Shown: one piece after another, positions 10,803-20,389 of the stretch
Layout of the letters: the number at the start of each line of letters is the position of its first letter
Position numbering within the stretch: position 1 is the first letter of the stretch
Virus record (IMG/VR): IMGVR_UViG_3300010340_001122
Length of the DNA: 64,000 nt
Reading direction: 5' to 3' (one strand)
Origin: a virus
Lineage: Duplodnaviria > Caudoviricetes
Program-made: the position numbers and the translations under genes
Notes under the pieces: model-generated
Seen by the model: only the letters and a program-made list of their open reading frames with translations
Databases searched by the model: none
Told to the model about the DNA's origin: nothing

Positions 10803-11257
10803 AATATTTGAAAAGGTTTGAATCACACGAAGAATCTATGTCTAGAGAACAAATGTGTGATATTCTTTGTAATTGTGGTTATACAATTGAAGAACTTGAG
10901 AGCTGTTCTGATTATGAATTATCTGATATGTGTAAAACTTGCAATATGGATAGTGCTTTAGAAAATTTAAAAGAACAAAATAACTATATGTTCTTTGGTA
11001 ATTTGGAAACAATGAAAGATATGATTGATAAATTACTTCAAATGGATAAGTCTAAAATTGATTCAGTATTAAATGATCACGATTGGGCATCTGATCATAT
11101 ATCGGTTGCTAACGAGAATTTAGAACAAGTTTATAACTTTTTAAAAAATAATATCAATAATGAATTAATTGGAGGTCCAAAAGCCTCATATCCAAAAATA
11201 CAGGGACCGGAAGTTAAGAAAGTAAAACCTTATCAGATTAAAATAAAATCTGATTGA
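10799..11257 (+). CDS. Hypothetical protein with capsid-targeting-like N-terminus
   Basis: MKYLKRFES start; Cys cluster; overlaps upstream stop. Confidence 0.7.
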   Translation: MKYLKRFESHEESMSREQMCDILCNCGYTIEELESCSDYELSDMCKTCNMDSALENLKEQNNYMFFGNLETMKDMIDKLLQMDKSKIDSVLNDHDWASDHISVANENLEQVYNFLKNNINNELIGGPKASYPKIQGPEVKKVKPYQIKIKSD

Positions 11258-11261
11258 AAAT

Positions 11262-11291
11262 AAAAAAACCCACTCAAATGAGTGGGTTTTT
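11262..11291. terminator. Bidirectional intrinsic terminator
   Basis: aaaacccactc-aaat-gagtgggtttt, same core as 43146-43172. Confidence 0.85.
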
Positions 11292-11293
11292 AG

Positions 11294-12040
11294 TTACACA
11301 TTTCTGAATGTATTAACATCTAAACAAATGAATTCACAATCATTATGATAGAATTTATAATTTCTATGAAAATGTCCGTAATAGAAACCTTTTAATTTGT
11401 TATTATTCATAACTTCGGTTACCAATTTTGTCATATTTTCTCTTTCAGTTGTTAAATCACCTAGAAGTAAATCATCATTCTTAGCATAGTTATAAACAAG
11501 ATTATTAAATGTTAGGGGTTCAACAAAATCTGGACTTGTGTGACAAATCATTCTATCGATATCTCTCAATTCTTTAACAATTTCAAAGTCAAATTTAACA
11601 ATTTCATCTTCCCAGTATTTACCACCATACATTTTATTGTAATTTCGATCAATACTCACAGCACCACCAACAAAAAGTATATTCTCCCAGTCAATATTAA
11701 GAACAGTATAATCTGGAACAAAGAAAATATTAGTTAATTGTTCTTTATAAGTGTCATATTTATCACTTTGAAACCATTCTGGATCATCGTGATTACCGCG
11801 TATAATAAACAAATCACTTTCTCTTGTTGCTAACTCTTCATTAAGAACTAGAAGTTTTCTAATCTCTATCTCTACTTTATTATAGCCAATTCCAAAGTCA
11901 CCAACTTGAATATAACAGATGTTTCTTTTTTCTTCTAAATCGAAGTCACTAACTTTACGCAAGTGGTTTAGAATGACACTCCACTCTCCGTGGATATCAC
12001 CTAAAAAATACTTCTCTTTATATACAATATAATTTTTCAC
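11294..12040 (-). CDS. Calcineurin-like metallophosphoesterase
   Basis: GDIHG, GDFG, RGNHD, HT, GHFH motifs; GTG start. Confidence 0.9.
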   Translation of the reverse strand: MKNYIVYKEKYFLGDIHGEWSVILNHLRKVSDFDLEEKRNICYIQVGDFGIGYNKVEIEIRKLLVLNEELATRESDLFIIRGNHDDPEWFQSDKYDTYKEQLTNIFFVPDYTVLNIDWENILFVGGAVSIDRNYNKMYGGKYWEDEIVKFDFEIVKELRDIDRMICHTSPDFVEPLTFNNLVYNYAKNDDLLLGDLTTERENMTKLVTEVMNNNKLKGFYYGHFHRNYKFYHNDCEFICLDVNTFRNV

Positions 12041-12044
12041 GACA

Positions 12045-12052
12045 CAAATATA
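12045..12052 (-). promoter_or_regulatory. TAnnTTTG -7 element, probably driving a leaderless mRNA
   Basis: TATATTTG 4 nt before the start codon. Confidence 0.65.
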
Positions 12053-12077
12053 AGGTTATTTTTTTATATATACTATT

Positions 12078-13937
12078 ATGTTAAAAAGTTTCCTTGAATA
12101 TATCTTTGAATCTGAATCAAAGTTAAGTCTACCAATATTTTATTCTAAAAGACTTAGAGATTTTTTCTATAAAATAGAAACATCTAGTAAAGATCCAGAT
12201 GTTGCTAGACTAGCAAGTGCTATTCGATTCTCCGAAAATTCAAATCAAATGTCATCTGATGTAACACTTATTGATATGACTGAAAAAAATGACATGTTAT
12301 CATTTATTCAAGTTAATAGAGTTAAAAGAAAATATGATGATCCTGGTAGTCATCCAAATCCTGAAAACTTTGACGATTTAAAATCTTGGGTTGAATATAT
12401 TTGGCAATATGATAATAAAAATTCACTATGGAATGATCGAAGAGGTGAAGTAAAGGTTGGTAAATTTTCTAAAAAGATTTTCAAGGATAATAATATATCA
12501 ACATCTGATGCAACAATCGAGAAATTCTCAAATGCTTATAAAGCCACTTTTGATTTTGATTTTAATCTTGACCAAAAGATGGATTTAGTATCGGGCGAAG
12601 ACATCAGAAAATGGTATTTAGTGACAAATTATTCAGAAGTAAAAGGACAATTGGGAAATTCTTGTATGAGACATGGTACAAGTCAGGACTTTTTGGATAT
12701 TTATGTTAAAAATCCAGAGGTTTGTAACCTATTAATAATGTATTCTGACCAATCTAAAACTAAAGTTTCAGGAAGAGCTCTTATTTGGAAAGATATCAAA
12801 GGTGAATTTATAATGGATAGAGTATATACAATAAATGACTATGATGTTGAAGTTTTTAGAAAATATGCATCATCAAAAGGATGGTCTGATATATCTAAAA
12901 ATTGGAAGAGAACTACGATTCAGTTAATAAGTGAAGTATATGATAAGTATCCATATATGGATAATTTTTATATTTTTGATCATGTCAATTTTAAACTAAC
13001 AAACGACGATATTTGGCCAAAAGAAGGACTTTATAAATTACAAAATACTGATGGAACATATACCGGTGATGATGATACTGTTTGGTCTGAGTATCATGGA
13101 GAACACATTAACAGAGAAGACGCCGTTTATTGTGAAAATGCTGACGATTATGTACATGTAGACTCCGCAATATATTTAGAATATTTAAGCATTTACGCTA
13201 GTCCAAATGAGGAAACTGCTTATTCTGAATGGTTTGATCAAACATATTATTTAGATGATGTCATACACTCGGAAATTATGGGTGATTATATTCCAACCAA
13301 TGATTCTATTTCAATTTTTATTAATTCTGTTGGAGATGAAGATTATATTGTAGCAGATTTTGCAAAAAAATCTTTAGTTACTCTTAATTTTGATGGTGAC
13401 GAAATAAAAACATTAAATAAATTTGTTATACTCGATCCAATAACTAGAGAATATCACTTCAGGGATGAAAAAGTAGATGGTATTAAAATACAAGATATTA
13501 TTCTTGATAAATTGAAAGATGTAGAAGTAGATACTGATAAGATAAAGAATTATTTAATAGAGAAAGAATTTACTATAGATAGAAGTAAATTAAATGATGC
13601 TATGTCAATTTATAAAGTTTGGCAGACACCAACAAACTTAGAAGGAGTTATTAAATATTTACTTTATGCTTATCCAAGTAGACCAAATCAAAGAGATGGT
13701 ATGCCTATTTTACCCCAAGAAAGAGGTCTTAAAAATTATGAAAAATATTCTATGTTTAAGTCCTCTATGTTAAAATTTGATCCTGAATTACTAGATATTT
13801 TTATTGATAAAAATAGTTTAGATAAATTAGGTAATGATATTATTTTTAATTTAACATGTCTTTCTCAATCTTTTGTAGAGGATGTATTTAAAGATACAGA
13901 GATATACAAGATGTGGTATAAGTGGAAGAATACTTAA
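12078..13937 (+). CDS. Hypothetical jumbo-phage protein (SCMR/GRALIW/DRVY/YPYMD motifs)
   Basis: 619-aa ORF starting MLKSFLEYIFES; truncated paralog at 25895. Confidence 0.7.
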   Translation: MLKSFLEYIFESESKLSLPIFYSKRLRDFFYKIETSSKDPDVARLASAIRFSENSNQMSSDVTLIDMTEKNDMLSFIQVNRVKRKYDDPGSHPNPENFDDLKSWVEYIWQYDNKNSLWNDRRGEVKVGKFSKKIFKDNNISTSDATIEKFSNAYKATFDFDFNLDQKMDLVSGEDIRKWYLVTNYSEVKGQLGNSCMRHGTSQDFLDIYVKNPEVCNLLIMYSDQSKTKVSGRALIWKDIKGEFIMDRVYTINDYDVEVFRKYASSKGWSDISKNWKRTTIQLISEVYDKYPYMDNFYIFDHVNFKLTNDDIWPKEGLYKLQNTDGTYTGDDDTVWSEYHGEHINREDAVYCENADDYVHVDSAIYLEYLSIYASPNEETAYSEWFDQTYYLDDVIHSEIMGDYIPTNDSISIFINSVGDEDYIVADFAKKSLVTLNFDGDEIKTLNKFVILDPITREYHFRDEKVDGIKIQDIILDKLKDVEVDTDKIKNYLIEKEFTIDRSKLNDAMSIYKVWQTPTNLEGVIKYLLYAYPSRPNQRDGMPILPQERGLKNYEKYSMFKSSMLKFDPELLDIFIDKNSLDKLGNDIIFNLTCLSQSFVEDVFKDTEIYKMWYKWKNT

Positions 13938-14297
13938 TTACTTATCAAGTATCTCATTTAGCTTTTCCTCCCTTTTATGTTGTAAGGTATCATTAGATCC
14001 ACTTACCCATTTATCCTTATATTCATCACACATTCTTCTACCATCCTCAACGGATTGAACTTCTTTAGCGTGTTTTTGTATCGTATCATATGTTGCTTCC
14101 ATCGGAAATGAATGCCATTCATGTGTAAGTCGAAGATCACCATTTGGTGATGTTTTATATGATATCAAATAATATTTCCACCTACCAGTTCCACTATTTG
14201 ACGTGAATATACCATAGACACCTACATTCACATCATCACTCGATGATTTCATACCATCAACTTTGATACTGTATATCATTTTACCATGAATATTCAT
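13938..14297 (-). CDS. Hypothetical protein with REEKLNEIL tail
   Basis: ATG 14297 preferred because the track's TTG lies inside the TATATTTG promoter (14316-14323). Confidence 0.65.
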   Translation of the reverse strand: MNIHGKMIYSIKVDGMKSSSDDVNVGVYGIFTSNSGTGRWKYYLISYKTSPNGDLRLTHEWHSFPMEATYDTIQKHAKEVQSVEDGRRMCDEYKDKWVSGSNDTLQHKREEKLNEILDK

Positions 14298-14372
14298 ACT
14301 GTATAATTTAATTTTCAAATATACAAATTTTCTAAACTAAAAACAATTCGTTTAAATATAATATCATGACAT

Positions 14373-15557
14373 ATGGATAAAGTTTATATACAAAGTATTA
14401 TTCAAAATATATTAGATAAAGAGTTCTCATCACCGATATTTAGAAAAGTAAATACATATGAGGATCGTATAAATATGCGATGCCCATATTGTAAAGAAGG
14501 TCGATCTCAACATAAAAAGAGAGGTAATCTATATTTTAATAAATTATTATTCATCTGTTTTAGATGTGATAAGAAAACTTCTTTTGATAAAATGTCTCGT
14601 GATTTTAATGAGGCTATTGATCCTCAGAAAAAGCTTGAACTAATTGAATATCTAGACTCGGTTGTTGATTATTCAGATTATGATACAGACTTTAATGATT
14701 TTAAAGTCGATGACTTAATCGATATGAAAGACTTAGAAGAATTATTCAATGTTAAAAAGACTACACCTATATTTGATTTTGCACCAGTGAGTGAAAAGAG
14801 TGGAGTTTTTAAATATTTAATAGGAAGGGGAATTCCCAAAGAATTACATAAGAATATTTATCAAGCTAAATTTGCAAAAGGCGATGAGGGATTTGAACAT
14901 GTTATTATATTCTTAAATAGAAGAGGTGATAAAGTGCTAGGTCTTCAAGTTCGTAATCTAAAAGAAGGTCGTAGAAGATTTTTTGTTATTTATAATTGGG
15001 AATCTATCTATAAGTGGATTCATGGTGATGATGTTGAATTAGATATTCAAAAATCGGTTATCTATAACAAACTATCATATTTCTTTAATATATTGAATAT
15101 TGATTTTGAAAATACGATAACTGTTTTTGAGGGGTATTTAGACTCAATATTTTATCCAAACTCTATTGGAATAGTTGGAGTAAATACTGATTTAAGATTC
15201 CTTGAAAATAATAATTTAGAGTTACAATATTTTTTTGATAATGATGATGCTGGTTTTAATAAGTCTGAGGAAAAAATAAAAGAAGGTGGTAAAGTCTTTT
15301 TATGGAAAAAGTTATTTGAAGATATTGTTTCTAAAAAGAAAAGTGGGGATCCACATGAGTTACTTTATCGAATTTCAAAAGTTAAAGATTTAAATAAATT
15401 AAATGAATTGGTTCCAGGTGCTTTTAAAAAATTAAATATTTATAATTTTTTTTCAGAGGATTTATATGATTTGAAATATTTACCTAAAAAATTAAACAAA
15501 AGAAAAACTAAACCTGAAAAAGATTATTTAAAAGAATTTAAAAATCACGACTTTTAA
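14373..15557 (+). CDS. DNA primase (T4 gp61-like)
   Basis: Zn finger CPYC...CFRC; TOPRIM VFEGYLDS and FFDNDDAG; KDLN. Confidence 0.9.
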   Translation: MDKVYIQSIIQNILDKEFSSPIFRKVNTYEDRINMRCPYCKEGRSQHKKRGNLYFNKLLFICFRCDKKTSFDKMSRDFNEAIDPQKKLELIEYLDSVVDYSDYDTDFNDFKVDDLIDMKDLEELFNVKKTTPIFDFAPVSEKSGVFKYLIGRGIPKELHKNIYQAKFAKGDEGFEHVIIFLNRRGDKVLGLQVRNLKEGRRRFFVIYNWESIYKWIHGDDVELDIQKSVIYNKLSYFFNILNIDFENTITVFEGYLDSIFYPNSIGIVGVNTDLRFLENNNLELQYFFDNDDAGFNKSEEKIKEGGKVFLWKKLFEDIVSKKKSGDPHELLYRISKVKDLNKLNELVPGAFKKLNIYNFFSEDLYDLKYLPKKLNKRKTKPEKDYLKEFKNHDF

Positions 15558-16027
15558 ATATACGGTACTCTAGTATTTTTATATTTTATATTTTTGATTC
15601 TTAAATAATCTTTAAACTTTAAATCTCCTCTTTCGTTATTACAATCAAAACACACAACAACTAAATTAATTTGACAATTATTACCACCCTTTGATATTGG
15701 TATAATATGATCAGTTGTTGCATTAGATTCTGTTAGATATTTTTCACAATAGATACATTTGGCTTTATCATTATCCTTTAAATATTCTTTAGCAAAACCA
15801 CTTGTTCTCCTTTTAACATTTTTACCATTCCATTTAAGACCAACGACAACAATATTTTCAAGAAATTTATACTTTTTTCTATAAATTACACAAGGAACAT
15901 AATTCTTATTTAATCTAACAAATAATCTTATTACTATTGACCATTTTTCCCAAATTTCTTTATCTACCGATATAAAATGGTGGTCTTTTGACTTTCTAAT
16001 AAACTTGACAACTTCTATAATATTCAT
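15554..16027 (-). CDS. HNH endonuclease
   Basis: CIYC...TTDHIIPISKGG...NLVVVCFDCNNERG. Confidence 0.85.
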   Translation of the reverse strand: MNIIEVVKFIRKSKDHHFISVDKEIWEKWSIVIRLFVRLNKNYVPCVIYRKKYKFLENIVVVGLKWNGKNVKRRTSGFAKEYLKDNDKAKCIYCEKYLTESNATTDHIIPISKGGNNCQINLVVVCFDCNNERGDLKFKDYLRIKNIKYKNTRVPYI

Positions 16028-16094
16028 AATGTTAAAAAGTTATCTTCTTCTCTTAATTATATATTATAATATGATTTCTCCATTTTATGACTAA

Positions 16095-16141
16095 AACAAA
16101 AAAGACTCAAAATTATTTGATAATTTTGAGTCTTTTTGTTT
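16095..16141. terminator. Long-stem hairpin / terminator
   Basis: aacaaaaagactcaaaattat-ttg-ataattttgagtctttttgtt. Confidence 0.75.
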
Positions 16142-16544
16142 AGTTTTTACCTAGATATTCCAAAACTTCATCTATTGTTTTAAATTTCTTTTTATCAATA
16201 TGAAATGAATCTGTTTCTGAAAAGAAATTTATCTTCTTACCATTATATTCGATAGAATTATTAACGACTTCTGTTCCTAGTTTTTGAGATAATTCTTTCA
16301 TTAATTTAGTTCCTTCATATTCATGTCCTTCTTCCTCCTCAAATTCATCCTGACCAACTTTTCTTTCACCATCTAGTTCTCCAGTGATTTCATTTTCATC
16401 ATCAGCAAAAATACCTTTAGGTTTAGAAAAGTCCGGAGATGGAGATCCTGATCTTCTACCTACTGGTCTATTTGAGTTATTTTCAATATCATCAACTGAT
16501 TGAATATCTTCTTTGATATATTGATTATATTTTTTTAATTTCAT
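16140..16544 (-). CDS. Acidic hypothetical protein with capsid-targeting-like N-terminus
   Basis: MKLKKYNQYIKE start; TAATATATA at 16564-16572. Confidence 0.7.
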   Translation of the reverse strand: MKLKKYNQYIKEDIQSVDDIENNSNRPVGRRSGSPSPDFSKPKGIFADDENEITGELDGERKVGQDEFEEEEGHEYEGTKLMKELSQKLGTEVVNNSIEYNGKKINFFSETDSFHIDKKKFKTIDEVLEYLGKN

Positions 16545-16569
16545 ATTTTACGATATTTTTTATTATATA

Positions 16570-17046
16570 TTAATCTTCATATTTATATTTTTCCTCTATT
16601 TGAGCAATTACATAATCTATAAAAGAATCTAATTCATATTCTAAACCACCACAAAATTCAAATATATCATATCCCTCTTTACTATAAAAATCGGGAGATA
16701 TGCTTCCATTTTCGAATTTTATAATTCTTCCTTCTAAACATCCTTCAATTATTTTACCACCAGATTCTAAATCCGGAACATATAAAGTTCCAATATAGTG
16801 TTGTTCATTGTCATAATCCTCCCAAGTTTCAAATTCAAATTTGAAATAATCATCTTCAAAAATTGTTTCAGATTCTTCGTTTGACATCTTATCATGTGTT
16901 TCTTTTTCAACTCCAGCTTTATGAGAATCTAAAAACTCTTTTTCTAAAGGTGTTAATGATATAATACCATATTTTGATATTTTGTCTAAAATATCATCCA
17001 TTCTTTCATTAGAAGTATATCCCTCATATCTCATTAGATGTTTCAT
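16570..17046 (-). CDS. Hypothetical protein with DUF6576-like motif
   Basis: MKHLMRYEGY start; DDILDKISKYGIISLTPLEKEFL. Confidence 0.7.
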   Translation of the reverse strand: MKHLMRYEGYTSNERMDDILDKISKYGIISLTPLEKEFLDSHKAGVEKETHDKMSNEESETIFEDDYFKFEFETWEDYDNEQHYIGTLYVPDLESGGKIIEGCLEGRIIKFENGSISPDFYSKEGYDIFEFCGGLEYELDSFIDYVIAQIEEKYKYED

Positions 17047-17065
17047 ATAGTATATATTTTATAGA

Positions 17066-17416
17066 TTATATGTGTTTTCTATCTATACCAGCAATTGGTT
17101 GCCATACTTGATAAGATTTGGTAAATTTATCTTTTAATATTTTAATAATTAAATCATCTTCTCCCTTAGATTGATATAACATCAGGTAGTTGTTATCTAA
17201 ATTTTCTAAAATATTATCAAAATCTTCAAATTTAGTATCTCCAAATATTGAATTTATCTTCATATCTCTTTTTATCGCATCTATCGAATCTATTAAAACT
17301 ATCATAATCCCGTTTTTACCGTCTTTTGGGTGATCTAAAACACGTTCTATGTCAAATCCTTTCCAAAATTTTACAACTTCACCAGAAGCATTTATTTCAT
17401 CTAAAAAAATCATCAT
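17066..17416 (-). CDS. Hypothetical protein
   Basis: 116-aa ORF; internal KRDMKINSIF motif. Confidence 0.6.
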   Translation of the reverse strand: MMIFLDEINASGEVVKFWKGFDIERVLDHPKDGKNGIMIVLIDSIDAIKRDMKINSIFGDTKFEDFDNILENLDNNYLMLYQSKGEDDLIIKILKDKFTKSYQVWQPIAGIDRKHI

Positions 17417-17624
17417 CTAAAATATCATCTATTTTATTATCTCTAATTTCACTTTTAACCATCTCATCAATTCTAATTTTAAAATCTAATCCATATTTAT
17501 ATTGGAATTTGAAATCTTCAAATGAGGATTCAGACATTTTCATTAGTTTTTTAGCACCATTTGATATTCTTTTATTATCAATATAGATTTCATAAAATTT
17601 ATATAATTCATGATTTTTGAACAT
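17397..17624 (-). CDS. Small protein with RDNKIDDIL tail
   Basis: 75-aa ORF immediately downstream of polB. Confidence 0.6.
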   Translation of the reverse strand: MFKNHELYKFYEIYIDNKRISNGAKKLMKMSESSFEDFKFQYKYGLDFKIRIDEMVKSEIRDNKIDDILDDDFFR

Positions 17625-17704
17625 GAATTATATATTGTTTATTTCATTATCACCTCTTTGGAAAAAGGATAATCTATCAAAAAAGGTAATAGATGGGAAA
17701 GTGT

Positions 17705-19167
17705 TTAAAATCCGTTGAATATGTCTAAAATAACACTCAATCTTTTAGTTATTTCTGGCATTCCAAGTGGAGTAATAATTGAGTTAATAGGACTTATAAT
17801 TGTTTTGAAAAATTGTAAATCATAATCAACTTCAGGTGCGAATTCAATAGGATATGATCCTCTAATAAATGCAAATATTTCATTTATTTTTTTATTATTA
17901 CAGTGATAATACTTAATTTTTGTTCCGGATTTAATAAATTCATACTTTGATTGTAATTCTTTATTTTGATTTAAAAGAAAATTATAGTAAGCTGCTGATT
18001 TAACCGCAAAGTGAGCACCAGATACAAAACTTAATCTATCTTTATCTTCTAAAACCTTTGTTTCATAGTTAGAGCAAGATGATTGCATTGATATATCATC
18101 AATATCAGCTAATTCAAATTCTTTTCTTAAATTCTTAACCAATTTAAGTAAGTCTTTAATATTAAAATTATCTGGATGTTCAAATAAATATTTAACAATC
18201 TGTATAATTTTCTCTCTTGCAAAAAGTGGTGTTGATGATCTAACAAGTTCAACTCCTTTAGGGAAAATATATGTCAATCTATCGAAGGGAATACCATCTT
18301 CATAAACAATATTTTGTATATATTTCTTTTTAGAAAAATTCAGAATAGATTCAGAAATTCTCTCCAATTCAAAATCCTCTCGATTTTTAACCCCGAAACT
18401 CTCAGCATACTCTTCAAGACAGTTTTTAAAGTATCCACCAAATCTAAATCCATCAATTCCATGAATAAAATCTAATTCATTAAACCAATTCCATCTTATT
18501 ACATTATTTTTTAATAAATCTTGCAATTCAGGAGAATTAAATGATCTATCTTTAACAAAATAACCATCAATAATTAAATGATCTACTTTGTTATTTTTCA
18601 AAAAATCTTTTAATTCATCCGGTTTTTTAAAAATACCTAAACAGTTAATATTGTCGGTTTTGGTTTCTTGTCTATACTCTAATATTACAAATGTTGTATC
18701 TACTTTATCTATATTTTTTAAGAATAGATTTTGCCATTCACAATGTTGAATTGCAGGTTCAAATGATACAAATAATGAATCAGTATCTGCATAAATACTT
18801 ACTTCTTCTCCATTCTTTTTAATAATTGGAGTAACATTTTTCACACCTAATCTGGCATGTAATTCATAATCTATGTGCCAATGAGAATACCAGTATTTCT
18901 CATTTACTGCATGCATAGTTTTTGTTAAATCACGACCCTGTGCAGTAATTGTACCAGCAACGTGTTGGTTAAATAGTATGAAATATTGCGTCGCAAATGC
19001 ACCATACGAACCATTTAATATAAGTTTTAGTCAATACCCCCTCAAATAAATTGAGGGGGTCAAAAAAGAGCGAGCTGTAAGGCATTGTAGTAATCACTTT
19101 CCCTTTTCAACTCGCTGGCTTTATTTTTTAATGACTCAATTTTTTTGAGTTTATCTTCTTTAGTCAA
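17705..19167 (-). CDS. Family B DNA polymerase, C-terminal subunit (gp43B-like), interrupted by a 38-nt non-coding insert
   Basis: Segment 1 is 19167-19069 (TTG; MTKEDKLKKIESLKNKASELKRESDYYNALQLA). Segment 2 is 19030-17705 (LKLILNGSYG...ITAQGR...YADTDS...SKKKY...KGVELVRSSTP). Joined product is 474 aa; the ORF track start at 18916 omits motif B. Confidence 0.85.
19031..19068 (-). other. 38-nt coding gap with in-frame TGA and 10-bp hairpin (candidate translational bypass element)
   Basis: Minus strand: GCT[CTT TTT TGA ccccctcaa tttat ttgagggggt attga]CTA AAA CTT; hairpin at 19036-19060. Confidence 0.75.
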
Positions 19168-19206
19168 TTTTTTAATTATTTTTTAAATATATCCTTAAAG
19201 GAACAT

Positions 19207-20388
19207 ATGTTAATTTTATATATAATAAAATTAATTAGTTTTTATATGATAAAAGAAAAAAATGTTTTAGTCTCCGTAAATTCAAGAAACATATCACACT
19301 ATAAGTTATTGGGTTATGATATACATATTGGTGGGTTTTCAGATAAAAAACTATTAGAAGTAATTATTAAAGACATTCCAAAAAATTCAACGGTTAGAAT
19401 AACTGCTATTTGTGACTTGTGTAGTTGTGAAAAGTCTATTACACTAGCAAAATATTATAAAAATTTTGAAAGAGGTGGTTATAATTTTTATTCTTGTTTT
19501 GGTTGTAAAAATAAAAAGAAAGAAATGACTAATCTAAAATTGTTTGGTGTAAAGTCTTTTTCCGAAACTGATGTCTTTAAGGAAAAATATAACAAAACTT
19601 GTTTAGAAAAATATGGAGTTAAAAATCCAAATATGTTAAAAGATTTTAGAGAAAAAACTAAAAAAACTTGCTTGGAAAAGTATGGATTTACAAATCCATT
19701 AATGAGACCAGAAATTATAGATTCAAATAGGATATGGATGTCTTCTGATGAATTTAAAAATAAATCCAAATTAACGTTAATAAAAAACTGGGGATTTGAT
19801 TCATACTCAAAAACTGATGAATTTAAAAATAAAATTCAAGAGAATAAAGAAATGATTATTAGTAAAATAAAATCTTCGTTTTTAGAAAAATACGGAGTTG
19901 ATTCTATTTTTAAAACTAAAGATTGGAAAATTAACTTTATGAATAAAATAGATGAAATCCAAAAGAAGAAAAAGGATACTTGTTTAGAAAAATATGGATT
20001 TGAAAATGTTTCTCAAGTCTCTGAAATATATGACAGAATAATTAAAACTAAGATATATAATAATCAAATTATACCTGATTCATTATTATCAGATTGGAAA
20101 ATATATAAAAGAAAAGTTAGGAAAATAACAAACAAGAATAAAAAAACTCTTTATGAAAATTGGAACGGTAATGATTATTATGATGATGAAGTTATAAAGT
20201 CCTATCTTGCATACTCACACACACATAGGTTTTACCCTTGTATAGACCACAAGATTAGTGTTTTTTATGGATTTAATAATAACATAGATCCAGAAATAAT
20301 AGGAGATATTGATAATTTATGTATAACTAAAAGATTTTTGAACTCCATAAAAGGTAGTTTAATTGAAGAGGAGTTTCGAAAATTTTAA
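19207..20388 (+). mobile_element. Free-standing HNH homing endonuclease with (T)CLEKYG repeats
   Basis: CDLC...CFGC, several KTCLEKYG(V/F) repeats, C-terminal IDHKIS...NLCIT...NSIKG; likely start ATG 19246; inserted antisense between clamp and polB. Confidence 0.75.
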
Positions 20389-20389
20389 A

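Noticed and set aside
17705-18916. ORF-track start of polB at ATG 18916
   Set aside because: The frame is open 38 codons further upstream through motif B (KLILNGSYG); starting at 18916 would omit essential residues.
19036-19060. polB hairpin as an ordinary intrinsic terminator
   Set aside because: No U-tract follows the stem on either strand, unlike the other terminators here, and it lies inside a conserved coding motif.
19031-19068. Group I/II intron or intein in polB
   Set aside because: 38 nt is far too short for a self-splicing ribozyme, and it is not an in-frame protein insertion.
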